A stretch of DNA of 64,000 bases from an uncultured bacterium. Its GTDB lineage: Bacteria; Babelota; Babeliae; Babelales; Vermiphilaceae. Positions 9,373-19,084 of this stretch are shown here, in pieces. The notes beneath the pieces were generated by a model. It made no database searches and was not told where the DNA came from. It worked only from the letters and a program-made list of their open reading frames with translations. Position numbers and translations under genes: made by a program. Position 1 is the first letter of the stretch. Every line of letters begins with the position of its first letter. Where the stretch lies: positions 288,001 to 352,000 of the forward strand of contig OY970212.1 of the NCBI GenBank assembly GCA_963713925.1. Direction: 5' to 3'.

Positions 9373-11058
9373 ATGAAAAAATTAGTGTTATTGAGTGCGG
9401 TATTTTTACAAACCAAAGCTGCTGATATTTCGGATCAATACAAGATAACGTTCAAAGATGGATCTTCAGGAGTTTATGCCAAGGCTCTATTACAAGATTT
9501 TGGTACCATAAAAGCTTTATGGAAAATATCTGAAGAAGAAGCACAATCAACTCAATTCAGTGCAATTGATAAAGATATTTTTGATTTGCTCTATGCATTT
9601 GACAAAATATTTTATGAAAAACCTGCTGTTGCGGTCGCTGAGACCCAGAGAACTATCGGTACCTATAGTTTTGAAAGAACAAAAAATCTTCTTTTGGCAG
9701 CGCATTTTCTTGATGTTTCTCAGAAAGTGACTTCATCTGTGATTTCCGGTTTCAATAAAAAAATGATCTCGCCCGAATTTTTACAAAAATTTGTAAGTGA
9801 TAGAAATGTTATTACAGGTTTAGGCCTTCCTACTGATTTGAAGGAAAGAGTAGCGGAGCACATGCAAAATGATTCTCAAATGAGTGAACTCTTTCTTACC
9901 GCTGTTACTCCAAAAACAAATATTACAAACCTCTCACCGAATGCTTTTTCAAGCTGTTGTTCATGGGACAGCAAATTATATGCTGTATTAAGTTATCCCT
10001 CTATAGATTTATATGAGCTTGAATCCGGTAATGTTATACGATCACTACAAGAAAACAAAGAAGAGGATCATAACCTTCCTGCCCCACTTGCATTCTCTCC
10101 AATTGAGGATTTGATTGCAAGTGGATCGCCTGATAACACGGTAAAATTATGGAATTATAAAACGGGAGAGCTGGTTAAAACTTTAACTGAATTTGCATCA
10201 CCGGTGAGCGCTCTTGCTTTTTCACCTATTCAAAGATCACTTACTACTGCATCTGATAACAAAATAGAAGTATGGAACCTGGAAACAGCTACGCAGACAC
10301 AAACATTCCCTCATTTTGATAATATAAAATTAGTTGTCTATTCAATTGATGGAAAAAAATTAATAAGCGCCTCTGACCGTGGCCAAATAGGTATTTGGGA
10401 TTTAGAAACTGGCAAATCGAATAAAACACAGCTCTGGCATAAACCCATAAACGGATTTTCAACCAAATCATTTGCAATTTCTCAAGACCGGTCGATAGTG
10501 GCAATGAGCGACAACGCGGAAGCACAAATTCTTAATATAAATACAAAAGACATTGTAAAAGTTAAGTTTGCTTCTCATAACACAATTTCTAGCGGAATTT
10601 TATCAATTGCGCTTTCATCCCAAGGAGCGGTGCTTGTAGGCTCAACGTACAACGGGGAAATAAAAATCTTTAATTCAACGACCGGAAAATTGATCAGAAT
10701 CCTTTCTGAATATAAAGAAGAAATCTTGAAAGATCGAATATTTGTGTCTCCGAATAATAAATTTTTTATTTCAGAGAACGATAGAGGCGACACTTTAATA
10801 AAATGGGATTTTAATGTCGAACAACTCTCTATAGAAGCATTACTTTTATTACATCTATCGTTAAACGATTCCCCTGAAGCTCAAAATAGTAAGACAATGG
10901 TTTCTCCTGATTTGATCAAACAGAGTCTTTCGCCTATTACACAACAACATGTGCACACAGATCTGGAATCCTACTTAACAAAAACACTCAAATTTAAAAC
11001 ATCTTTCTGGCCAAGCTTATTTAAAGTATTTGAAAAAATAACAACTCAAGGTGAGTAA
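9373..11058 (+). CDS. Secreted WD40-repeat protein with a Skp1/BTB-like N-terminus
   Basis: Signal peptide; LLLAAHFLDV resembles Skp1 LILAANYLDI; repeats such as LAFSP..IASGS.DNTVKLWN. Confidence 0.8.
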   Translation: MKKLVLLSAVFLQTKAADISDQYKITFKDGSSGVYAKALLQDFGTIKALWKISEEEAQSTQFSAIDKDIFDLLYAFDKIFYEKPAVAVAETQRTIGTYSFERTKNLLLAAHFLDVSQKVTSSVISGFNKKMISPEFLQKFVSDRNVITGLGLPTDLKERVAEHMQNDSQMSELFLTAVTPKTNITNLSPNAFSSCCSWDSKLYAVLSYPSIDLYELESGNVIRSLQENKEEDHNLPAPLAFSPIEDLIASGSPDNTVKLWNYKTGELVKTLTEFASPVSALAFSPIQRSLTTASDNKIEVWNLETATQTQTFPHFDNIKLVVYSIDGKKLISASDRGQIGIWDLETGKSNKTQLWHKPINGFSTKSFAISQDRSIVAMSDNAEAQILNINTKDIVKVKFASHNTISSGILSIALSSQGAVLVGSTYNGEIKIFNSTTGKLIRILSEYKEEILKDRIFVSPNNKFFISENDRGDTLIKWDFNVEQLSIEALLLLHLSLNDSPEAQNSKTMVSPDLIKQSLSPITQQHVHTDLESYLTKTLKFKTSFWPSLFKVFEKITTQGE

Positions 11059-11070
11059 TAAAAAACATTT

Positions 11071-11525
11071 TGCCCTTGTGCAGGGCGAGCACCAAAAAAT
11101 GTTTTGTCCCCTCCGCGGGGACCAGCGGCAAAAGCAGTCTCGCCACCGCTTTTGCAAAACGGGCGTTTAAGGCGCTGCCTTAAAAATCCGTCCTTCGTTT
11201 CAAACCTCGACACACACAATTTTTTCAAAATTATTTCGGTCTCGAGAAACTACCGGACTTCTTTTCTTTATGAATGCAAATACAATAATTCAAAGCAAAA
11301 TCACAATGCCTCAAGATCAACTGCAATGAAATAAAGAAGTCTGATGAGGTTCGCCGAGCCAATGAAGCGATGGTTATCGCATATGGTGAGTTGAACCTCA
11401 AGGAATTTTTAAAACCTTGGTTTTAAACGTGCGTATTCCAAAAGGGTTCACGAAAACCCTTTTGGCGCCGGTCCCCGCGCAGGGGACAAAACACCCTTCT
11501 GGCACATGCCTGCGCGGAGCAGGCC
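11071..11525 (+). mobile_element. MITE/REPIN-like structured repeat, copy 1
   Basis: Colinear with the reverse complement of 13695-14085; imperfect terminal inverted arms, each of three hairpins. Confidence 0.7.
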
Positions 11526-12745
11526 TAAACTTTAAACGCCACTTTTATCCACCCCGTACTCCTTTTATCAAACTCTTTATATGCATGCACAACTTGATCA
11601 AAGGGTAATATGTGAGAAATAAAGGGAACCAAATCGATCTCGCCTTTTTGCACCCATCGGAGCAATTCGGGAATATATTTTTTGTGGTTGCAATTACCCA
11701 TGGTGATAGTCAGATTTTTTTCCATTGCTTGGCCAATCGGGAAGGTCTCTAAAAGTTCGGTGTACACGCCAATAATTGACACAACGCCCCCTTTGGCAAC
11801 GGCTGCTGTTGCCCAGCGCAAGACTTGTGAAGGAGCATTGCCCGGGATCCAGTTTTTGCCCTGAGGATTTCTGTATGGTGCAACTTTTTTCACTTCTCTT
11901 GCAAACTCGCGCAATTCACGAATTTCGCTAAAGTTTTTGATGAGGCTGAAAAATCCATAGTCAGGGTGCACAGCATCGGTTCCGACGGCATCGATCACTT
12001 TATCGGGGCCAAAACCATCAGTTAATTTTTTCAATTCGGTAACGGGATCAACGGTATTAAAGTTTATGATATGCGCGCCTTGTTTTTCCGCTCTAGCCAA
12101 CCGATCTTCATACATATCAATTGCAAATATTTTTTTGATGCCCGCTTTTTTCAAACAAGCAATCACCAATTGTCCCACAGGTCCACAGCCAAAAACGGCA
12201 ACAGTGTCATTCGGATCGGGAAAAATGTTTTCAACAGCCATGTATGCAGTTGGCAAAATGTCTGAAAGCAAAATAACTTGTTCATCTTTTAATTCGTCGG
12301 GCACTTTGACGAGCGAAACATCCGCATAGGGAACGCGTACTTTTTCTGCCTGCATGCCATCAAACGATCCGGATGATAAGGGACCTCCGTAAAAAGCAGT
12401 TCCCCATTCGGGACCATTAGGGTTTGCCTTGTCGCATAACGCATACAACTCTTTTTTACAGTTCAGACAGTGCCCGCAGGCAATGGTGGAAGGAATAATA
12501 ACGCGATCTCCGACTTTGAAATTGTGCACATCGGAGCCTATTTGCTTGACAATGCCAACGCCTTCGTGGCCTAACACAGTTCCTTTTTCATAGAAAGGGA
12601 TAGTGCCACGAACAGCATGAAGATCGGTGCCACAAATGGCAGACATAGTGAGTTTGACGATTGCATCTGTTGGTTTTTGAATAACCGGGTCTTCCATTTC
12701 TTCCAACACAATTTTTCCCACACCATTCAAACGTAATGCTTTCAT
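11525..12745 (-). CDS. Zinc-dependent alcohol/formaldehyde dehydrogenase (FdhA-like MDR)
   Basis: ICGTDLH, GHEGVG, CGHC..C.....C, LSDILPT, GCGPVG, IDAVG. Confidence 0.9.
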   Translation of the reverse strand: MKALRLNGVGKIVLEEMEDPVIQKPTDAIVKLTMSAICGTDLHAVRGTIPFYEKGTVLGHEGVGIVKQIGSDVHNFKVGDRVIIPSTIACGHCLNCKKELYALCDKANPNGPEWGTAFYGGPLSSGSFDGMQAEKVRVPYADVSLVKVPDELKDEQVILLSDILPTAYMAVENIFPDPNDTVAVFGCGPVGQLVIACLKKAGIKKIFAIDMYEDRLARAEKQGAHIINFNTVDPVTELKKLTDGFGPDKVIDAVGTDAVHPDYGFFSLIKNFSEIRELREFAREVKKVAPYRNPQGKNWIPGNAPSQVLRWATAAVAKGGVVSIIGVYTELLETFPIGQAMEKNLTITMGNCNHKKYIPELLRWVQKGEIDLVPFISHILPFDQVVHAYKEFDKRSTGWIKVAFKV

Positions 12746-12766
12746 TATTGTTCCCCTTTGTCTTCC

Positions 12767-13594
12767 TTATTTTTTCCCACGCGCATAGGCAACTGGACGG
12801 CTCGTTGAACGCGGCTTTTTATGCAGACTTGCCCGTAAAGCTGTCGTCAAAGATGTTTCTTTTTGTTTTGCAGGTTTCTTGGCGGTTACTTTTTTGGCAG
12901 GCTTTTTGCCTTTCATCTTTTTTTGAGCTTTTAATGCGGCGGTTAACTTTTCTTTAAAGGTGTCTTTAAATTGAGTGAGATCGAATTTTTTTCGAGTGAG
13001 CTGCTTAATGAGCTGATCGGCAAGTTTCAATTCCTGCGCGCTCATTTTGGGTTTTTGCTTTTCGGGCAACACTTGTGCAATATCGTTAATTTCATATGAA
13101 TAATTCAATGTATTTAAAAGTAACCCATCTTGAAAAGGCAGTATTGCGCACACGTGTTCTTTTTCATGCATAACAAAACTTCCAATGGCAACCAGGCCAC
13201 TTTTGACCAGCGCTTGATGAAAGAGATAAAATTCTTTTTCATGGTTTTTGACAGGAGCGATGTAATAATGCCCGTCGATATAGATTGGTTGAAGTTCTGA
13301 TGCGGGAACAAATTGCTGCATATTTAAGTAGTTTGATTTTTCAGGCTTTAACTTTTTTAAGTTTTCTTGTGTCAAAATAAAATATGATCCGTCTGATTGC
13401 TTGAGTCCTTTAACGGTGTGAGCCCATGATACAATTTCATCGCAATGTGGACATCGACGCTCATACACAATAGGAGTGTGGCATTTATCATGCAAAAGAG
13501 TAAAACCAGGTGAATGTGGCTTGATTGCTGTATACAAATAAACGGGAATATTGACCAAACCAAAAGAAATAGATCCTGTCCAGACGGCTTTCAT
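12767..13594 (-). CDS. ku: Ku protein (bacterial NHEJ)
   Basis: MKAVWTGSISFGLVNIPV, YYIAP, F.D.F.E.L, Lys-rich tail, L..ALRASL. Confidence 0.95.
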   Translation of the reverse strand: MKAVWTGSISFGLVNIPVYLYTAIKPHSPGFTLLHDKCHTPIVYERRCPHCDEIVSWAHTVKGLKQSDGSYFILTQENLKKLKPEKSNYLNMQQFVPASELQPIYIDGHYYIAPVKNHEKEFYLFHQALVKSGLVAIGSFVMHEKEHVCAILPFQDGLLLNTLNYSYEINDIAQVLPEKQKPKMSAQELKLADQLIKQLTRKKFDLTQFKDTFKEKLTAALKAQKKMKGKKPAKKVTAKKPAKQKETSLTTALRASLHKKPRSTSRPVAYARGKK

Positions 13595-13694
13595 TGCGCC
13601 TCCATTACTGTAATTGTTTTGACATAGCAACTCCTTTATCGTTCATTGCATATATGCTAAACAGTCTATTCATGTAAGCACAAGAGAAGCGTAA

Positions 13695-14155
13695 TGTCCC
13701 CTGCGCGGGGACCAGTGCCAGAAGGATGCTCGTCCATCCTTCTGGACAACGGACGTTTAAAACCGAGGTTTTAAAAATTCCTTGAGGCTCAACTCACCAT
13801 ACGCGATAAATCGCTTCATTTGTTCGGTGAACCTCATCAGACTTTTTTATTTCATCGTAGATATTTGTATTGCATTGTCATTTGGGCTGGGATAATAATG
13901 TCGCATTGGTAAAGAAAAGAAGTCCCAATGAGCGACGTCGGAAGCCATGAAGAAATTTCCTAAGAAATTTTGTATGGCCGACTCGGCGCGGATGAAGAGA
14001 TTCTTAAGACGCTGAGTCTTAAGTGTCCGTTAGCCGGAAGGGTGGACGAGCACCCTTCCGGTGCATGCCCTGCACAAGGGCAAAAAAATTAGCCTGAAAT
14101 CAAGGTGGGTTTCAAAAGGGGGTTACCCCTTTGATCCGCTCCTGTACAGTGGGCT
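13695..14155 (-). mobile_element. MITE/REPIN-like structured repeat, copy 2 (inverted relative to copy 1) plus adjacent hairpins
   Basis: Reverse complement of 13695-13855 closely matches 11326-11488; weaker colinear similarity over the rest. Confidence 0.7.
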
Positions 14156-14167
14156 CAACGCTTTTAT

Positions 14168-14980
14168 TTAATCGCAGACATCGCATAGTTCAATATGCGT
14201 TCCCAGTTCTTCTAAAAGTGTGGCTGGTGTGTTGTTGAGAGAAAATGCTTGTATGATTGGATCAAGAATATATTTCAAATGCAAGAAGCTGAATGCTCTT
14301 TCAACAAAAGAAGGGTTATTATTTTTATTGTGTATGCGAGCGAGTGCATTCAAACCGTCTCGGATATACATTGGATTCGTCAAAGGAAGTGCTTTTGCTA
14401 CGGCTGATTTTTGAATAGATCTTCCGGTGGCGGCATAGGTGAGCCATGTAGCAAAAAAGCTTGCTTGAATGCCTCCCGCAACGAGGTTGTCAGATACTGC
14501 CTTTGGCATAACATGAGAAATTGTGTTAAGTCCAAATGTTGTTGCAAGAGTTGCCGCAAACGCAGCCAATCCTGACGCCGTTTGCTGAGAAAGTCGGTTC
14601 AACATTTTTTCCCCGAAAGCGATTGCAAGAATTCCTTCCAGTTCATGGTATGAGGCTTCTGAAATTATTTCTCGCGCGATGACAAGATCGCCAAACAAAT
14701 CAAGATACGCTTGAACATCTCTTCTATGTTTTTCGATGAAACCTTCTTTGGTTACTTTTTGATATTCCGCTTCATAGACAGAAATATACTGAGGTATTGG
14801 AATAGCTGCAGCACCGGACAAGCGTTCGATCAATCGATAGAAGATAGGAAATGTTTCTTGACTTAAAATGCCTGTTTTCACGGACCCTAATTCTGTACGA
14901 AGCGCTTGCGTTATATCGTCTGAGGTCAAGGCATGTGTGAAATATAATGATGCCAATAAAATTGTTGCTAATTTATACAT
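14168..14980 (-). CDS. M48/HtpX-like protein lacking HExxH, paralog 1
   Basis: P.FYRLIERLS..A.IPIP, GDLVI.REII, HELEGILAIAFGE. Confidence 0.6.
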   Translation of the reverse strand: MYKLATILLASLYFTHALTSDDITQALRTELGSVKTGILSQETFPIFYRLIERLSGAAAIPIPQYISVYEAEYQKVTKEGFIEKHRRDVQAYLDLFGDLVIAREIISEASYHELEGILAIAFGEKMLNRLSQQTASGLAAFAATLATTFGLNTISHVMPKAVSDNLVAGGIQASFFATWLTYAATGRSIQKSAVAKALPLTNPMYIRDGLNALARIHNKNNNPSFVERAFSFLHLKYILDPIIQAFSLNNTPATLLEELGTHIELCDVCD

Positions 14981-15008
14981 AGGAATCTCCTGTATTAAAA
15001 AGATGCGA

Positions 15009-15809
15009 CTATTTGTTGTTGTTATGTTTATCCAAGTTGTCAAAGCGAGCATTTATCGTATTCTCATCAGAGAAGATGTTCTTAATTTTTTTATAGAGTT
15101 TTTCCAAGTGAAATGCAGCGAATACTCTTTCTTTCGTAGATGAAGAAGAATAATTGTTTTGTAAACGAGCTAAAGCAATGAGCCCATCCTCTATATTTTT
15201 CGGATCAGTTAAGGAAAGCGCGAATATATCAGCATTTCTTTGAACTGATCTACCAACGAAAGCATACAAAAGTGTTAATGGGACCACGGCTACTGTCATA
15301 AAATCATTGAAAATGCTCTTTGTTTCAAAGGAGCTATACTTTTGCAAAGCAAAATGAATTGCTGCTAATGTGGAAGCAGCTGTTAAAGGCGCAAAGATCT
15401 GTTTCGTGATCTGATACTGTGCTTTCGCGGCAGCTGCAGTAGAGAGCAGTCCTTCTAGCTCATGATAGGTAAATTGGGTTAAAATATCTCGCGAAATAAT
15501 TAAGTCTCCAAGAAAATCAAAATGAGCAGTCGTCGGGATTGAGTGAATCGAGTATTGGTTTATTAATGCTATTTCAATTTTAGTGGTTAGTTCTGTAGTC
15601 ATAATGACAATGCTTTTTGGCATTTTAATGCCAGCTTTTGATGTGATCTGCTGCAACAATGTGTATAGTGTAGGGCAAGCTGCTTCTTGCAATATAGATG
15701 ATTTGAGAAGTGCGGCTTCTTCATGAAGCATATCGGTCAATTCATCATGTTTCGCAGCGAGCGTGAGCCCGGAAAACATAAGTAAGGCAGAAAGTGCTAG
15801 TATACGCAT
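15009..15809 (-). CDS. M48/HtpX-like protein lacking HExxH, paralog 2
   Basis: PTLY.LLQQIT.KAGIKMP, GDLIISRDIL, HELEGLLSTAAA, RNADIFA. Confidence 0.6.
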   Translation of the reverse strand: MRILALSALLMFSGLTLAAKHDELTDMLHEEAALLKSSILQEAACPTLYTLLQQITSKAGIKMPKSIVIMTTELTTKIEIALINQYSIHSIPTTAHFDFLGDLIISRDILTQFTYHELEGLLSTAAAAKAQYQITKQIFAPLTAASTLAAIHFALQKYSSFETKSIFNDFMTVAVVPLTLLYAFVGRSVQRNADIFALSLTDPKNIEDGLIALARLQNNYSSSSTKERVFAAFHLEKLYKKIKNIFSDENTINARFDNLDKHNNNK

Positions 15810-15896
15810 ACAAAAAACCCTTTTTTGTTATGATAAGTAAGTTATTTCACTTGCGCAAAAACTATAACACGCTCAAACGTTTTTAGGAAATTATTT

Positions 15897-17423
15897 TCAT
15901 GACAGTGAAATCAGATCTGTCCTGTCTTTTGAAACAAAAATCTTGCTGAATTCTTTCGCGCAATTGAGTAGTGCATTTGCCGATGCATCACTCAAATCTT
16001 TTGTTTGCTCAATAGTTTCATAAACATCAGGATACACGGCTTTGATATAGCTGACATATTGTGTTGCAAAATCAGAAACGTCTTTGATTTCAAGCTCATC
16101 GAGCATGTTTTCTTTGAGTAAAAAGAGCATTAATGTCTGGTCAACAAAGGTACGGGTCTGGGATGATTTTTGTTTGAGCAATTCCATCACTCGTGCTCCG
16201 CGAGCAAGTTTTTGCTGAGAGACTTCATCAAGCTCTGTTCCAAATTGAGCAAAATCGAGCAATTCTTTATATTGCGCCAATTCAAGCCGCAAAGCTTTTG
16301 TTACTTTTTTAATAGCAGCAGTTTGTGCCGATCCACCCACACGTGAAACTGAAAGTTCAACGTTAACGGCAGGGCGAACACCTTGGTTGAACAATTTGGT
16401 GTCTAAAAAGATTTGTCCATCGGTGATCGAAATGAGGTTGGTTGGAATATAGGCAGTGATATCATCACTTTGTATTTGCACAATGGGGAGCGCCGTCAAT
16501 GAAGCACCGGATACGAATTTACCCGCGCGTTCCAAAAGGCGTGAATGCAAATAAAACACATCGCCCGGATATGCTTCGCGTCCCGGTGCTCGACGCATGA
16601 GCAATGACATTTCTCGGAATGCGATTGCGTGGTTGCTCAAATCATCATAAATGATGAGCGCGTCTTTGCCTTGCTCACGGAAGTATTCAGCAATAGTTGT
16701 TCCGACGTATGGCGCCAAATATTGATTTAATACCGCTTCGCCCGCATCTGCCGCGATAATAACGCTGTATTCAAGGGCGCCATTGATCTGAAGCGTGTGA
16801 ACCAATTTTGCCACGTTTGCTTGTCGCTGACCGATGGAGACATACACGCAGATCACGTTTTTGCCTTTTTGGTGCAAAATCGTGTCGATGGTAATGGATG
16901 TTTTTCCAGTGTTTCTGTTTCCAATCAACAGTTCGCGTTGACCTTTACCGATGGGAACTAATGTATCGATAGCCATGATCCCTGTTTCCAGCGATTCATT
17001 AACCGGCGAGCGCTCGATAATCGAAGCGATAGTCGCTTCAATAGGGCGCATGTCAGCCGCCTGGATTGCTCCGAGCGAATCGATTGGAGCTCCCAATGCA
17101 TTGATTGTTCTTCCAACCAAATTCATGCCAACAGGGACGGTGAAAACAGTTCCTGTTCGTTTGGCAACTTCCATTTCAGCAACTTCAATTGAAGCATGCA
17201 GAAGGAAGATAGTGACAATATCTTCATCTAAATTGAAGATGATTCCTTGATTGCCTTTTTCAAACGCAATGAGCTCTCCAAAGACTGCATTACTTAGCCC
17301 ATGAACATGACAAATACCATCACCGACGCTGACAACAATGCCGATTTCTTCAAGTTTCGTGTCATTATTTTTTTGTAGAGCTTGTTCAAAAAGGGAGACA
17401 AGATCAGTATGTTTGACGTTCAT
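15897..17423 (-). CDS. atpA: F1Fo ATP synthase subunit alpha
   Basis: VGDGI, PIGKGQRELLIGNRNTGKT, PGREAYPGDVFYLHSRLLERA, YIPTNLISITDGQI. Confidence 0.98.
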   Translation of the reverse strand: MNVKHTDLVSLFEQALQKNNDTKLEEIGIVVSVGDGICHVHGLSNAVFGELIAFEKGNQGIIFNLDEDIVTIFLLHASIEVAEMEVAKRTGTVFTVPVGMNLVGRTINALGAPIDSLGAIQAADMRPIEATIASIIERSPVNESLETGIMAIDTLVPIGKGQRELLIGNRNTGKTSITIDTILHQKGKNVICVYVSIGQRQANVAKLVHTLQINGALEYSVIIAADAGEAVLNQYLAPYVGTTIAEYFREQGKDALIIYDDLSNHAIAFREMSLLMRRAPGREAYPGDVFYLHSRLLERAGKFVSGASLTALPIVQIQSDDITAYIPTNLISITDGQIFLDTKLFNQGVRPAVNVELSVSRVGGSAQTAAIKKVTKALRLELAQYKELLDFAQFGTELDEVSQQKLARGARVMELLKQKSSQTRTFVDQTLMLFLLKENMLDELEIKDVSDFATQYVSYIKAVYPDVYETIEQTKDLSDASANALLNCAKEFSKIFVSKDRTDLISLS

Positions 17424-17431
17424 AATAACCT

Positions 17432-17974
17432 TTAGTTATGAATCGAATTTTTGATGTCAGTAATATACTTTTTAAAAGAACGCTCAAGATAAAAGTGGGT
17501 GCTCAGCATTCTAATACCCATTATTAACGTTGGGTCTATAACAAAGTCGGGGACAACGGTTTTTCCACTTTTCCGCTCAAACAGATTAACCAGTTCATTT
17601 TTTTGCTCTTGGTTTAAGGCATGTGAGCTTGAAATCGTAGTGAGCTCAATTGACCGCTCTTGGCAAAAAAGCGTTATAATTTCTGTAATAATCATGAGCC
17701 ACAATTCAGGTCGTTTGTGCGCCATCAAAAGATCAAAGAGTGAAATAAATGCATCAGGCAGTTGATAGTCGCGCACTATGGTTGCAAAAGCCTTCTTTTT
17801 ATGGGCATCATCAATTGTTGATAATTTCAACAATGAAGTGAAGGTACTGTATTTTTTATCTTCGTTGGAAATAGTCTGTAAGTGAGTGATGATGGCTGGG
17901 CTGAGCTCAGACGAGAAAGAATGCACAAACGCAGACGCATATTTTTTGGCAATCATTCTTTTCATTTTATCCAT
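17432..17974 (-). CDS. atpH: ATP synthase subunit delta
   Basis: IAKKYA N-terminus, IDPTLIMGI, position upstream of atpA. Confidence 0.88.
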   Translation of the reverse strand: MDKMKRMIAKKYASAFVHSFSSELSPAIITHLQTISNEDKKYSTFTSLLKLSTIDDAHKKKAFATIVRDYQLPDAFISLFDLLMAHKRPELWLMIITEIITLFCQERSIELTTISSSHALNQEQKNELVNLFERKSGKTVVPDFVIDPTLIMGIRMLSTHFYLERSFKKYITDIKNSIHN

Positions 17975-17980
17975 ATCAGA

Positions 17981-18454
17981 CTACTTTGCTATGTTTTTGA
18001 TAATATGCTGCATTTGGGATGCAGCATTTGTTTGATTAATAGATTGACGCATCTGTTTTTCAACAACTTCGACAGCGCTTTGTAAGGCTGCTGTTTGCAA
18101 CACGCGTTCCTTATAAACAGCTTGTTGCGTTTGTACCGTTTTTTTCAATTTTTCTAAATGATGTTTACGCTCAATTTCAAGTGTTTCATTGGTTTGAGTG
18201 GTGTGATTGTTCCAAAGATGCGCTTTATTGGAAAGGTCTTTTATGATTGTTTGCAAAGAAGTTCGATCTGCTTTCAGTGACTCAATGGACTCTTCAAGAT
18301 TTGCACGTTGAGCAATAATCTGTTCTTGAGTTGCCTCTTGCTGCGCAATTTCATCTTCAATCGATTGTCGTGCGTATTTTTTGAATAAATACCATGCCCC
18401 ATAGATAAATAAAACAAAGTTGATTATGCGAAAAGCAATCGCGATCAGATTCAT
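17981..18454 (-). CDS. atpF: ATP synthase subunit b
   Basis: RIINFVLF TM followed by coiled coil; operon position. Confidence 0.75.
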   Translation of the reverse strand: MNLIAIAFRIINFVLFIYGAWYLFKKYARQSIEDEIAQQEATQEQIIAQRANLEESIESLKADRTSLQTIIKDLSNKAHLWNNHTTQTNETLEIERKHHLEKLKKTVQTQQAVYKERVLQTAALQSAVEVVEKQMRQSINQTNAASQMQHIIKNIAK

Positions 18455-18810
18455 TGGCGCTCCCAAGATTGGAGTATATCGCGCGCTAAAAGCTCTTGCT
18501 TCTGTTTGATCTCAGCACTCGTCATGCTTGGCGCAACAAAAGTGACGTCAGCGCTTTGTGGTTCGTGTTCAACTTCGGGCCTCATTTTGGCAAAGGAGCG
18601 TTGAGCTGATGCCCAGAGATCAGCATTAATATGTTCCTGTTGAGCCTTTTCTTTTTCTGCCGTTGACACATTTTGCCGAATAGTTCGATCATAATGATCT
18701 TCTTGCTCAATGACCTCTATCAACGGTTTGAGAAAAAGCGTCCGAATTAAAAAATAAGCCACCCCAAAATGGATTATTTGCACAATCAGGGTGAGATTGA
18801 TATCAATCAT
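18451..18810 (-). CDS. ATP synthase subunit b'
   Basis: MIDINLTLIVQIIHF...LFLKPL is a typical b/b' N-terminus. Confidence 0.75.
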   Translation of the reverse strand: MIDINLTLIVQIIHFGVAYFLIRTLFLKPLIEVIEQEDHYDRTIRQNVSTAEKEKAQQEHINADLWASAQRSFAKMRPEVEHEPQSADVTFVAPSMTSAEIKQKQELLARDILQSWERQ

Positions 18811-18813
18811 ATC

Positions 18814-19062
18814 TTATAGATATCTGCTCAAGACCAAAATAGCGCCGGCGATGAGTAAGTTATAGATAGCAGAGCTTTCTATGGTAACCATCGCGAGAAT
18901 CATTGCTCTATTGATCGCGCTTGAGCTTTCTGGATATTTACCAAGATTTTCACAAGCTTTCATTCCAACAAGCCCTTGAGAAATTGATGGTCCGAGGGAC
19001 CCAATGCTCATAGCAATTGCCGCGGCAATAAAGGCGGCAGCTTTCGCGTAAAACGCATCCAT
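18814..19062 (-). CDS. atpE: ATP synthase subunit c (Na+-type signature)
   Basis: Helical hairpin; GPSISQG...KYPE...IESSAIY; AAAGG RBS before MDAF. Confidence 0.92.
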   Translation of the reverse strand: MDAFYAKAAAFIAAAIAMSIGSLGPSISQGLVGMKACENLGKYPESSSAINRAMILAMVTIESSAIYNLLIAGAILVLSRYL

Positions 19063-19084
19063 CTGAGAACCTTTCATGATATAA

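Noticed and set aside
11341..11370. CTGATGAG in both large repeats, resembling a hammerhead ribozyme core
   Set aside because: The required GAAA after stem II is absent in both copies and stems I/III cannot be built
11104..11608. Short ORFs 11046-11228, 11104-11334 and 11417-11608
   Set aside because: They lie in the palindromic repeat and are not conserved as ORFs in copy 2
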